A stretch of DNA of 64,000 nt from Fibrobacteria bacterium (GTDB lineage: Bacteria > Fibrobacterota > Fibrobacteria > UBA11236): the NCBI GenBank assembly GCA_025360005.1, contig JANYDA010000032.1:148624-212623 (forward strand), written 5' to 3'. How positions within the stretch are numbered: the first letter of the stretch is position 1; every line of letters begins with the position of its first letter. The notes below the pieces were generated by a model. That model was not told the DNA's origin, did no database searches, and saw nothing but the letters and a program-made list of their open reading frames with translations. Below are positions 38,116 to 46,503 of this stretch, in pieces. The translations under genes and the position numbers were made by a program.

Positions 38116-39258
38116 TCAGCCCCAGCGCAGGAGAGCACGGGCGGCGCGGGCCTTGGATAAAGCCGCATCCACGGTATCCGCGAGCACTGTGAAATGGCCC
38201 ATCTTGCGCTTGGCGGCGGCGCGTGATTTCCCATACAAGTGGAACGCCAGGTTCTCTTCCCGCATGGCTTCGTCCACGCCGTAAAGGGTATCCCCGTTCC
38301 CTTCGCCCAGGACGTTGATCATCACGGAAGGCTTCATCACCGCGGTCGATCCCAACGGCAGCCCGCACATGGCGCGCACCTGTTGTTCAAATTGCGAGCA
38401 GACGCAGGCGTCGAGCGTGTAGTGCCCGGAATTGTGGGGGCGCGGCGCGATTTCATTCACCAGGATCCCATCGCCTTCCACCAGGAACAACTCCACGCAA
38501 TAGGCTCCCACTATCCCCAGCTTGTCGCCCACGGCCTCCGCCACGGCGCGGGCTTTGGCCGCCGCCACCGCGGAAATGCGTGCGGGCACCACGGAAGCGT
38601 CCAGGATATTGTCCACGTGCGCGTTTTCCGAAACCGGGTAAGCGGAAGCCACGCCGTCGATGCCACGGCAGGCCACTACGCTCAATTCCTTGAGGAAGGG
38701 GATCTTCCTTTCCCATATCAGTGGGTGGCCGCGATACAGCCTTTGGAAAGCCGATGCTGCGGCCGCGGTATCGGCAACCACGGCTTGCCCCTTCCCGTCA
38801 TAGCCGCCCCGTACGGTCTTGATCACCGCTGGCAGGCCAATCTTGACGGCCGCCGCTTCCAGATCTTCCGGCGAGTCCACGGCCATGAACGCGGCGACCG
38901 CCAAGCCCGCATCGCTCAGGAATTTCTTTTCCAGCAACCGATCCTGGCTGATGCGGAGCACGCGACTGTCCGGATGCACGGTTTTCCCCAAGGCTTCCAG
39001 GAATTCCACCGCCCGGGCATCGATGTTCTCGAATTCGTAGGTGATGACGTCGCAGGTTTCCGCCAGCCGGCGCAGGGCGGATTCATCCAGGTAGTCCGCT
39101 TCGATCTGGGAATCCGCCACTTGTCCGCAGGGAGAGTCCCGGGACGGATCCAGGGTGATGACCCGGTAACCCAGACGTTTCGCCGCAAAGGCGAACATCC
39201 GGCCCAATTGGCCTCCCCCCAAGATGCCCAGGGTGGCGCCCGGCAGCACGGTGGGCAT
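38116..39258 (-). CDS. purK: N5-carboxyaminoimidazole ribonucleotide synthase
   Basis: ATP-grasp. 'LGILGGGQLGRM' start and PurK-typical length and pattern. Confidence 0.9.
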   Translation of the reverse strand: MPTVLPGATLGILGGGQLGRMFAFAAKRLGYRVITLDPSRDSPCGQVADSQIEADYLDESALRRLAETCDVITYEFENIDARAVEFLEALGKTVHPDSRVLRISQDRLLEKKFLSDAGLAVAAFMAVDSPEDLEAAAVKIGLPAVIKTVRGGYDGKGQAVVADTAAAASAFQRLYRGHPLIWERKIPFLKELSVVACRGIDGVASAYPVSENAHVDNILDASVVPARISAVAAAKARAVAEAVGDKLGIVGAYCVELFLVEGDGILVNEIAPRPHNSGHYTLDACVCSQFEQQVRAMCGLPLGSTAVMKPSVMINVLGEGNGDTLYGVDEAMREENLAFHLYGKSRAAAKRKMGHFTVLADTVDAALSKARAARALLRWG

Positions 39259-39261
39259 GCT

Positions 39262-39831
39262 TCAGGCCTCCGGGATTTTCATGGCGCGCACGTCCCGATC
39301 CAGGGAGGCGCGATGTTTGTCCACGGAGGATGCGATGGCGGGGTATTTGAGTCCCAAGATGCGGGCGGCCATAAGGCCGGCATTCTTGGCATTGCCTATG
39401 GCCATTGTGGCTACGGGAATCCCGGCAGGCATTTGCGCGATGGAAAGCAGCGAGTCCATGCCGTTGAGATGCTTGGAGGCTACGGGAACCCCGATGACGG
39501 GGAGCGAAGTCAGCGAGGCGGTCATGCCCGGCAAATGCGCCGCGCCGCCCGCTCCGGCGATGATCACTTCTAAGCCCCTGTCGCGCGCCGCTAGCGCATA
39601 CTCGACCATCAATTCCGGGGTCCTATGCGCGGAAACAACCTTGGACTCGAAGGGAATCGAAAACTCGGTGAGGATTTCCGCCGCATCCTTCATGGTCTCC
39701 CAATCGGATATGCTTCCCATAATGACGCCGACCATGGGCCGGACGCCCGGTTTGCGCTTGCCGGCCGGTATGGTTTCTCCGGTGCTCCTGTTGCCCTTGT
39801 TATTCTTGGCCATCTCTGACTCCGCTTTCAA
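39262..39831 (-). CDS. purE: N5-carboxyaminoimidazole ribonucleotide mutase
   Basis: '[11 protein letters not shown]', 'SAHRTP', '[13 protein letters not shown]'. Has a ~25-aa N-terminal extension; start uncertain. Confidence 0.9.
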   Translation of the reverse strand: MKAESEMAKNNKGNRSTGETIPAGKRKPGVRPMVGVIMGSISDWETMKDAAEILTEFSIPFESKVVSAHRTPELMVEYALAARDRGLEVIIAGAGGAAHLPGMTASLTSLPVIGVPVASKHLNGMDSLLSIAQMPAGIPVATMAIGNAKNAGLMAARILGLKYPAIASSVDKHRASLDRDVRAMKIPEA

Positions 39832-40538
39832 TTTACGGTCTGCGAGTCCGCGCTGTCGGAAGCCGTGTCCCGTTTGGCGGGCTCGGTCGGTTCTCCGGAA
39901 TTCGTATCCGTGTCGGGCGGCGGAAAGGTCTGCCTCCCTGCCTTATCCCATTCGCGCACGGTACCCTTCACCAGGACCCCGCCCTGAAAAGAGCGCTCCT
40001 GCCAAAGCCGGCCCGTCTCATGCCACCATGTGGCCAGGCCGTCCAACTTGCCATCGCCGTAATTGGCCTCGAATTTTTTTTTCCCGTCCGCATACCACTC
40101 GCGCCAGACGCCATGCGTGAGGCCGTCCCGGAACACGGTCTGCCATTGTTTTTGCCCTGTCTGGTACCAGACGGTCGCATAGCCGTTCTTTTTGCCTTCC
40201 TTGTAATTGGCCTCGTAGGATTTCCGGCCGTCCGCATAGTAATAAACCACGGCTCCGTTTTCCTTGCCGTCCTGCCAGAGGATTTCGCCCTTTTTCGATC
40301 CCGTATTGAAAAACTCTTCGTCCAGGCCATCCCGCACTTCTCGCTTCTTGTCGTCTAGATAATAGGAGTAGCGCTCTTTGATCTTTCCGTCCGGGAATTT
40401 GATTTCCTTCTTATGGATTTCCGGCGCGGCGGCGGCCCACGCCGTCGGCAACGCCAGTAGCGCAGCGACGGTGAGCGTCCCGAGGAAAACCTGCGATGCC
40501 TGGAGGCGAAGGAGTTGTGAAAAACCGTATTGATGCAT
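39828..40538 (-). CDS. MORN-repeat protein, secreted
   Basis: Start at the internal Met ([10 protein letters not shown]...signal peptide). Repeated 'G.w..W..nG.k' MORN units. Four-nt overlap with purE. K/E-rich C-terminal tail. Confidence 0.7.
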   Translation of the reverse strand: MHQYGFSQLLRLQASQVFLGTLTVAALLALPTAWAAAAPEIHKKEIKFPDGKIKERYSYYLDDKKREVRDGLDEEFFNTGSKKGEILWQDGKENGAVVYYYADGRKSYEANYKEGKKNGYATVWYQTGQKQWQTVFRDGLTHGVWREWYADGKKKFEANYGDGKLDGLATWWHETGRLWQERSFQGGVLVKGTVREWDKAGRQTFPPPDTDTNSGEPTEPAKRDTASDSADSQTVN

Positions 40539-40691
40539 AGATCCGGCCACGAATATAGCTTTTCCCGGCCGGTAAGCCAGGGGACCGCCGCGCCCCGGAA
40601 CGGCGGCGGCGAAGCGGAAAAGTCTCCGGCAACGCGCCAATAGGTAGATTATGGAACGGCCGCGGAGCTATAGCACCGCAAGGAGGACCGA

Positions 40692-41159
40692 TTGGAATAT
40701 CTGCAAAGCATCATGCCCAAGCGCAAGAAGATAGCGCTGGTGGCGCACGATCATAAAAAAGCGGAATTGGTGGAATGGGCAAAACGGCATCGGGATACTT
40801 TGGCCGCGCACGAATTGTCGGCCACGGGAACCACCGGATCCCTGGTCGAAAAGGAAACCCGCTTGCCGGTCCAGAAGCTCCGGAGCGGACCTCTGGGCGG
40901 CGATTTGGAAATCGGCGCCCTCATCTCGGAAGGCAACATCGACGTCCTGGTTTTCTTCTGGGACCCGCTGGCAGCCCAGCCCCATGACCCCGATGTCCGC
41001 GCCCTGCTGCGTATCGCCGTGGTGTGGAACATCCCCGTGGTGAGCAATATGGCCTCGGCGGATTTCCTCTTCTCGTCCCCATTCATGATGGGCGAGTACC
41101 AACGCCTGGTGCCTGACTACGAGGAGCGCAAACGCAAGGATTGGCCTCTAAGGGGTTGA
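40692..41159 (+). CDS. mgsA: methylglyoxal synthase
   Basis: '[12 protein letters not shown]', 'ATGTTG', '[16 protein letters not shown]', '[10 protein letters not shown]' align closely with E. coli MgsA. Confidence 0.9.
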   Translation: MEYLQSIMPKRKKIALVAHDHKKAELVEWAKRHRDTLAAHELSATGTTGSLVEKETRLPVQKLRSGPLGGDLEIGALISEGNIDVLVFFWDPLAAQPHDPDVRALLRIAVVWNIPVVSNMASADFLFSSPFMMGEYQRLVPDYEERKRKDWPLRG

Positions 41160-41180
41160 AAACAGGTTCTGCGGAAAGGT

Positions 41181-41681
41181 TCAGGCGTAGATGCTGAGGG
41201 CTGCTCCTGCCTGTGGAGCCTTGCGGCCGTAGGCGCTGCGGGGATCGGGGAAAGCTTCCGGGCTCCGGACCCCGTCGTCGGCCTTCGTTTCCGTTCCGGT
41301 TCCGTTTTGTTCGCCTCCGTTTTGCTTTACGGCCGCATCGCGCGCCGATTCCTTTTGGGCCTGAACGGCCATCTGGGCCTTGGCCAAGGTAGCACCCGGG
41401 TTACCCTGAACTTGGCCGGCGTCGATTTCCACGTGCCCGCCTACCGCATATCGCCTGCCGTCCGCTTTCCCGGAACGCGCTTCCTCCGCTTGCTTATCCT
41501 GGCCTTGCCGGGAGATTTCCAATTTGGCGGAGGCCTGATCGAATCCGGAACCGCTTCCATTTGGATCGCCGGCAATCTGTCCTTTTGGTTTCCCATAAAC
41601 GGGACCGCATTCACGGCCTGGGATCACCACGCCGCTGGAAGAAAACACTTGGGCTATTTGGGAGAACATGGAAGACTGCAC
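41181..41681 (-). CDS. Gln/Gly/Ala-rich hypothetical protein (gene call uncertain)
   Basis: 166-aa ORF with acceptable codon usage and low-complexity Q/G/A composition. An antisense ORF at 41307..41696(+) competes for the same DNA. Confidence 0.3.
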   Translation of the reverse strand: MQSSMFSQIAQVFSSSGVVIPGRECGPVYGKPKGQIAGDPNGSGSGFDQASAKLEISRQGQDKQAEEARSGKADGRRYAVGGHVEIDAGQVQGNPGATLAKAQMAVQAQKESARDAAVKQNGGEQNGTGTETKADDGVRSPEAFPDPRSAYGRKAPQAGAALSIYA

Positions 41682-41770
41682 GCGGCTATAATGTAGGGGC
41701 CGGCGATGGGAGGATGCAAGGTATCAAGTCCTCCCATCTTGGTCTTTTAGCGTTTTGTTATCTTTGCCCC

Positions 41771-43483
41771 ATGCTTGTATCCAAATATTTGCTGAAAACC
41801 TTGAGAGAATCCCCTTCCGGGGCGGAAATGCCCAGCCACATCTTCCTCCTGCGCGGCGGCTACATCAAACAGCTCGCCTCCGGCCTGTACTCCATCCTGC
41901 CCTTGGGCAAACGCGTCCTGAACAAGATTGAGGCCGTGATCCGGGACGAGATGGATAAGCTGGACGGCCAGGAAGTGGACTTGCCGCTGGTGCAGCCGGC
42001 GGAACTGTGGATGGAATCCGGCCGCTACGGGGCCATCGGCGCCGAATTGCTGCGTTTCAAGGATCGCGGTGAGCACCACATGGTCCTCGCCATGACGCAC
42101 GAAGAAGCCATTACCGATCTCGCGCGCTACGTGCTTTCTTCTTACAAGCAGTTGCCGTTCATGATCTGGCAGTTCAAGCTCAAGTTCCGGGACGAACCGC
42201 GCGCACGCGGGGGCCTGGTGCGCGTGCGCGAATTCATCATGAAGGACGGGTACAGCTTCCATCGCGACGATGCGGACATGGATGCCTATTACCAGCGCGT
42301 CTACCGGGCCTACGAGAACATCTTCGCCCGCGCAGGCATCAAGCCCATCGTGGTCAAATCGGATACCGGCATCATGGGCGGCAAAATAGCGCATGAATTC
42401 ATGCTCGAATCCGGCCACGGCGAGGACTATCTCATCATCTCCCAGGACGGCAGCTACTCCGCCAACCAGGAAATCGCCGAGTTCCATCGGGAACACGCCA
42501 AGGCCTCCCCCCTGCCCCTGGAAAAGATCGCCACTCCGGGAAAGAAGACCATCGAGGACGTATCCGCATTGCTGGGCGTGCCGGCATCCCGGACCATGAA
42601 GGCCGTGATGTACGAGGCCGAGCAGGACAAAAGGAAATGCCTGGTGCTCGGGCTCATCCGCGGGGATCTGGAAATCAGCGAAATCAAAGTGCGGAATTAC
42701 CTCAAGGTACCTTGGCTGTTACCTGCGAACGAAGAATACATCCGCTCCTTCGGGATCGTTCCCGGCTACGCTTCGGCGGTGGGCATAGCCGAGCGCAAAG
42801 ACCTGCTGGTGTTGACGGACCTGTCCGTGAGCGAAGCCAACAACCTGGTGGGAGGCGCCAACGAGGACGGCTTTCATTATCAGCACGTCAACTTCCGCAG
42901 GGATTTCCAGACGCCCCATTGCGGCGATTTCGCCAAGGCGCAGGAAGGCTACTTGTCTCCGGACGGGAAGTCCGTGCTGCGGGCCGTGCGCGGCATCGAG
43001 ATCGGGAACATCTTCAAGCTCGGCGCCAAGTTCACCCAATCCATGGGTTGCACCTACCTGGACGAGGAAGGCAAGCAACAGACGCCCACCATGGGTTGCT
43101 ACGGAATCGGAGTAGGCCGCCTGATGGCGGCGGCCATCGAGAACTCGCACGATGAGTTCGGCCCCATCTGGCCCAAGGAACTCGCGCCATTCCAGGTCCA
43201 CTTGGTCAACATCGGCCGCGAGCCGGAAGTGCTGGACACTTGCGCCAAACTGATCGCGGAATGGGAAGGCCTGGGATTGGAAGTCCTCTTCGACGATAGG
43301 GACGAAAGGCCCGGCGTCAAATTCAAGGATGCGGATCTCTGGGGCATTCCCGTGCGGATTGCGATCGGAAAAAAGGGCCTGGTGGACGGCATGGCGGAAT
43401 GGAAGCCGCGCAAGGAAAAGGATTTCACCAAGATCCCGGTGGGCGAATTGGGCAAACGTCTACAGGAATTCTACGCCAAGTAG
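41771..43483 (+). CDS. proS: proline--tRNA ligase
   Basis: Start at the internal ATG 41771 (MLVSKYLLKTLRE...). Class II aaRS motifs and 'FMIWQFKLKFRDE' ProRS pattern. Confidence 0.9.
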   Translation: MLVSKYLLKTLRESPSGAEMPSHIFLLRGGYIKQLASGLYSILPLGKRVLNKIEAVIRDEMDKLDGQEVDLPLVQPAELWMESGRYGAIGAELLRFKDRGEHHMVLAMTHEEAITDLARYVLSSYKQLPFMIWQFKLKFRDEPRARGGLVRVREFIMKDGYSFHRDDADMDAYYQRVYRAYENIFARAGIKPIVVKSDTGIMGGKIAHEFMLESGHGEDYLIISQDGSYSANQEIAEFHREHAKASPLPLEKIATPGKKTIEDVSALLGVPASRTMKAVMYEAEQDKRKCLVLGLIRGDLEISEIKVRNYLKVPWLLPANEEYIRSFGIVPGYASAVGIAERKDLLVLTDLSVSEANNLVGGANEDGFHYQHVNFRRDFQTPHCGDFAKAQEGYLSPDGKSVLRAVRGIEIGNIFKLGAKFTQSMGCTYLDEEGKQQTPTMGCYGIGVGRLMAAAIENSHDEFGPIWPKELAPFQVHLVNIGREPEVLDTCAKLIAEWEGLGLEVLFDDRDERPGVKFKDADLWGIPVRIAIGKKGLVDGMAEWKPRKEKDFTKIPVGELGKRLQEFYAK

Positions 43484-43532
43484 TTCACGGCAATGCCGAA
43501 TCGGCCGGGCTTCATCCCGCCTCGACCGACCC

Positions 43533-43551
43533 CCTGTTTTGCAAAAACAGG
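43533..43551 (+). terminator. hairpin downstream of proS (possible intrinsic terminator or operator)
   Basis: CCTGTTTT-GCA-AAAACAGG near-perfect palindrome, followed by an ATTTATTT stretch. Confidence 0.35.
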
Positions 43552-43621
43552 CCTAAACATTTATTTAAGAATGGATTCGTGAGGGGGCTCACATGCCGAC
43601 CGGAAAAAAAAGGCGATAATT

Positions 43622-43651
43622 GATTGTTGAACTCTGGGAAAATGCGGTAAA
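43622..43651 (+). promoter_or_regulatory. sigma70-like promoter for the MBL-fold hydrolase gene
   Basis: TTGTTG (-35), 18-nt spacer, TAAAAT (-10), ~36 nt upstream of the ATG at 43687. Confidence 0.4.
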
Positions 43652-43686
43652 ATGTTGCAAATGACGGGCACGAAAGCGTTATAGGA

Positions 43687-44544
43687 ATGCGGCTGCGGTT
43701 TTGGGGCGTGCGGGGAAGCATACCCACCCCCTCCGAAGAGACGGTCCGTTATGGCGGCAACACCTCCTGCTTATCGGCCGATCTGGGCGGCAATGTGGTC
43801 ATCTTCGATGCCGGAACCGGAATCCGGAACCTGGGGATCAGCCTTCTCAATCGCAAGGACAAACCGAAACTGGATATGTTCCTGAGCCATGTGCATTGGG
43901 ACCATATCCAAGGCTTTCCGTTTTTCGGACCGGGCTACCGGCCCGGTTATGATATCGACGTGTACGGACGCGGTAAAGCCGACAATACCTTGGGGGAAAT
44001 CCTGGCGGGCCAGATGGAAGGGCCCAACTTCCCCGTCTCCCTGCATCAGCTCGGCGCCAAGTTCACCTATTCCGACATCACTCCCGGCCAGGTCATCGAA
44101 ATCAAGAGCCCGGAAGGCCAACTAATCGGTAAAGTAACGTGCGCGCAAGGTTGCCATCCCAACGGCGTGCTGGTTTATCGTCTCGATGATCTGCGCAAAG
44201 GCACCGCTTTCGTTTACGCCACCGATACCGAGCACTATCCCAATCGCATGGATCTCAATATCGGGGATCTGGCCAAGGGCGCGGACCTGCTCATCTACGA
44301 TGGCATGTACACGCCCGAAGAATATGAGACCAAGTACAAGGGATGGGGCCATTCAACTTGGGAAAAAGGATACGAATTGGCGGCCTATGCGGGCGTGGGG
44401 AGATACGTGGTGTTCCACCATGATCCCAACCACACCGATGATTTCCTGGAAGGCTACGAAGCCGATGTAAAGGATAAATGCCGATCCAGGAACCCCAAGC
44501 TCGACGTCCGCTTCGCCCGCGAAAAGATGGAAATCGATCTGTAA
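43687..44544 (+). CDS. MBL-fold metallo-hydrolase
   Basis: 'SHVHWDHIQG' HxHxDH motif. About 285 aa. Confidence 0.85.
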   Translation: MRLRFWGVRGSIPTPSEETVRYGGNTSCLSADLGGNVVIFDAGTGIRNLGISLLNRKDKPKLDMFLSHVHWDHIQGFPFFGPGYRPGYDIDVYGRGKADNTLGEILAGQMEGPNFPVSLHQLGAKFTYSDITPGQVIEIKSPEGQLIGKVTCAQGCHPNGVLVYRLDDLRKGTAFVYATDTEHYPNRMDLNIGDLAKGADLLIYDGMYTPEEYETKYKGWGHSTWEKGYELAAYAGVGRYVVFHHDPNHTDDFLEGYEADVKDKCRSRNPKLDVRFAREKMEIDL

Positions 44545-44570
44545 GAGATCGGATTTCCATCCCATCCCTC

Positions 44571-46109
44571 TCAATCCCAGCGAGTCCCCTTGAGGGCACC
44601 CAAGGTATCCCTGCCCATCAGGATCGGACGGCTTTTCAGATTGTGGAGCGCATCGGGTTTAACGGGGATATCCCCCAGGAAAATATGCGCCACCTGGTAG
44701 CTGAGATCGCTGAATCCGAAATCGATGGACGAGATTGAGAACGGCCGCGACCAATGGTTGTTGTCGAAGGACAGCAAGGTCACGTCCCCGGGAACGCGGA
44801 GCCCCATTTCCCGGAACCAGAGGTAATACTGGTGCGCGAAATAATCGTTGGGCGCCAGGATGGCCGTCACTGCGCCGCCAAAGCGGGCGGCCTTTTCCTT
44901 ATCCAGCATATCCATCAGCGAAGGGATCATCTCCCGCAGGGTTTTGCGGCCGCGGCCGGCCTGGCCGGTGCGATAGATCCTCAGCCAAGCGGGAAAATCC
45001 TCCGGACCCAGCCAGGGCTTGGGATGCCAGAAGCTTTCCTGGTGTTCGTTCTCCACGATGGTAACCTTAGGGTGGTAACCGGCAGCGTGTCGCTTGAGCA
45101 CGGCGGAACGGTGCATGATCCACGGGAATTCCCGTGACCGGTAGATGGGAAATCCGATACGCCTATGCCCCAATCCCGTCAAGGTATCCAACGCCAGGGT
45201 CACGGAGGCGTCCTCGTCCTTGATGCAGCGGAACAAGCGCGAACCTCCCGGAATGGATCGCATGTCCATGTCCTTCACCAGGCACTCCAGATCCAGCCAG
45301 ACCACGGGACGCTTGAACCGGCCCAGCCAGGACAGCAATCCGGGTTCCGCATCGCGCGCGATGTACATGGCGCCCGCGTACCTTTCTCCCAGGGATTGGA
45401 TCAAGGATTGGATGCGCGGGCGGCCCGATGAGAAGAACCCCGAATCAGACGGGGAGACCGTGGCCAACCGGGTTTCCATGCCCATGCGTTCGATTTCCAG
45501 GTAGAAGTTCTGCACGAACTTTCCGGAATGCTCTTCGTGGTAGACCTGCTCCCAAAAGGGGTAATCCGGCACCAGCAGCAGGATGGCGGGAGCGTTGCGG
45601 GACGTGCGATGCAAAGCACCGGAGGCCGTCCTCGATTCGCCATCGCCTCCGGCCAGCCAACTCTTTCCGTGTTTGCGGATGAGGCGTTCCCCCTCCAGCA
45701 ACTTGAAGGCCGCGCATACGGTATCCGGAGAAACGCCTTCCTGCGAGGAGATGAATCCGACCTTGGGAAGCGCCTGGCCTACGCGGTAGGTACCGTCCAG
45801 GATACGCTCCCGCAATCGGCCGGACAGGGTAACCAGGGAGTTACCCACGGGGGCCTTGGGCCGGGCGGAGCCTTCCCCTATCCAGAAAGTGCCTTTCCCG
45901 CGGAAGCTCTCGACCAGGCCTTGATCCCGCAGGGCATCCAGCGCCTTCTGCATGGTGGCCTTGGAAACGCCGGCTTCCCTGGCCATCGCCAGGATGGATT
46001 CCAACCGCCCGCCCGGAAACGTATCCTTGCGCGCGCGTAAGCCTTCCGCCAAAGCTTCAAAAAGCCTTTTGCCGCTGCGCCCATCGGCCTTGCCTTTGGT
46101 ATCCACCAT
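44571..46109 (-). CDS. transcriptional regulator with two GntR-type wHTH domains and a periplasmic-binding-protein-like (sugar-binding) effector domain
   Basis: Two wHTH segments (…ILAMAREAGVSKATMQKALDALRDQGLVE… and …LPKVGFISSQEGVSPDTVCAAFKLLEGERLI…) followed by a LacI/PBP-like fold. Start chosen at MVDTKG (46109) because of the upstream GGGAGG and AT-rich TATATTAT box; the ORF could extend to 46229 or 46472. Confidence 0.65.
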   Translation of the reverse strand: MVDTKGKADGRSGKRLFEALAEGLRARKDTFPGGRLESILAMAREAGVSKATMQKALDALRDQGLVESFRGKGTFWIGEGSARPKAPVGNSLVTLSGRLRERILDGTYRVGQALPKVGFISSQEGVSPDTVCAAFKLLEGERLIRKHGKSWLAGGDGESRTASGALHRTSRNAPAILLLVPDYPFWEQVYHEEHSGKFVQNFYLEIERMGMETRLATVSPSDSGFFSSGRPRIQSLIQSLGERYAGAMYIARDAEPGLLSWLGRFKRPVVWLDLECLVKDMDMRSIPGGSRLFRCIKDEDASVTLALDTLTGLGHRRIGFPIYRSREFPWIMHRSAVLKRHAAGYHPKVTIVENEHQESFWHPKPWLGPEDFPAWLRIYRTGQAGRGRKTLREMIPSLMDMLDKEKAARFGGAVTAILAPNDYFAHQYYLWFREMGLRVPGDVTLLSFDNNHWSRPFSISSIDFGFSDLSYQVAHIFLGDIPVKPDALHNLKSRPILMGRDTLGALKGTRWD

Positions 46110-46503
46110 GCCGGCTCCCCTCCCATATGCTGCAAAGGCAAATCTGGATATACCTGGGATAATATAAGAATGGAATCCCGGCATCGAAGGGGATTTCCAC
46201 CCTATCTTTATCGCAATGGAACGCGCCATTCCACGGGGAAGCGCACGATTCGAGGTAACGGCGGGCTTTTTCCCATCGGCCGGTTGCGGCCGAGGAACAA
46301 AGCCCGCAACGATGGACTCCCGGGCGGCGGCTTTTCTCCCCCACCACTCGTCGCCGGGAATTCCCTCCAATCCCGTCGACGGTATAGCCCTCTTGGACCG
46401 TCGACGGGTTGGAGCATTGAACAGGGTGTTGAAAAAGTCCTGCCGGCTTCGGGCGGCTGAGCCCTGATGCAACGGCCATCCGCAACCGGGAACCGGTTCC
46501 GGA

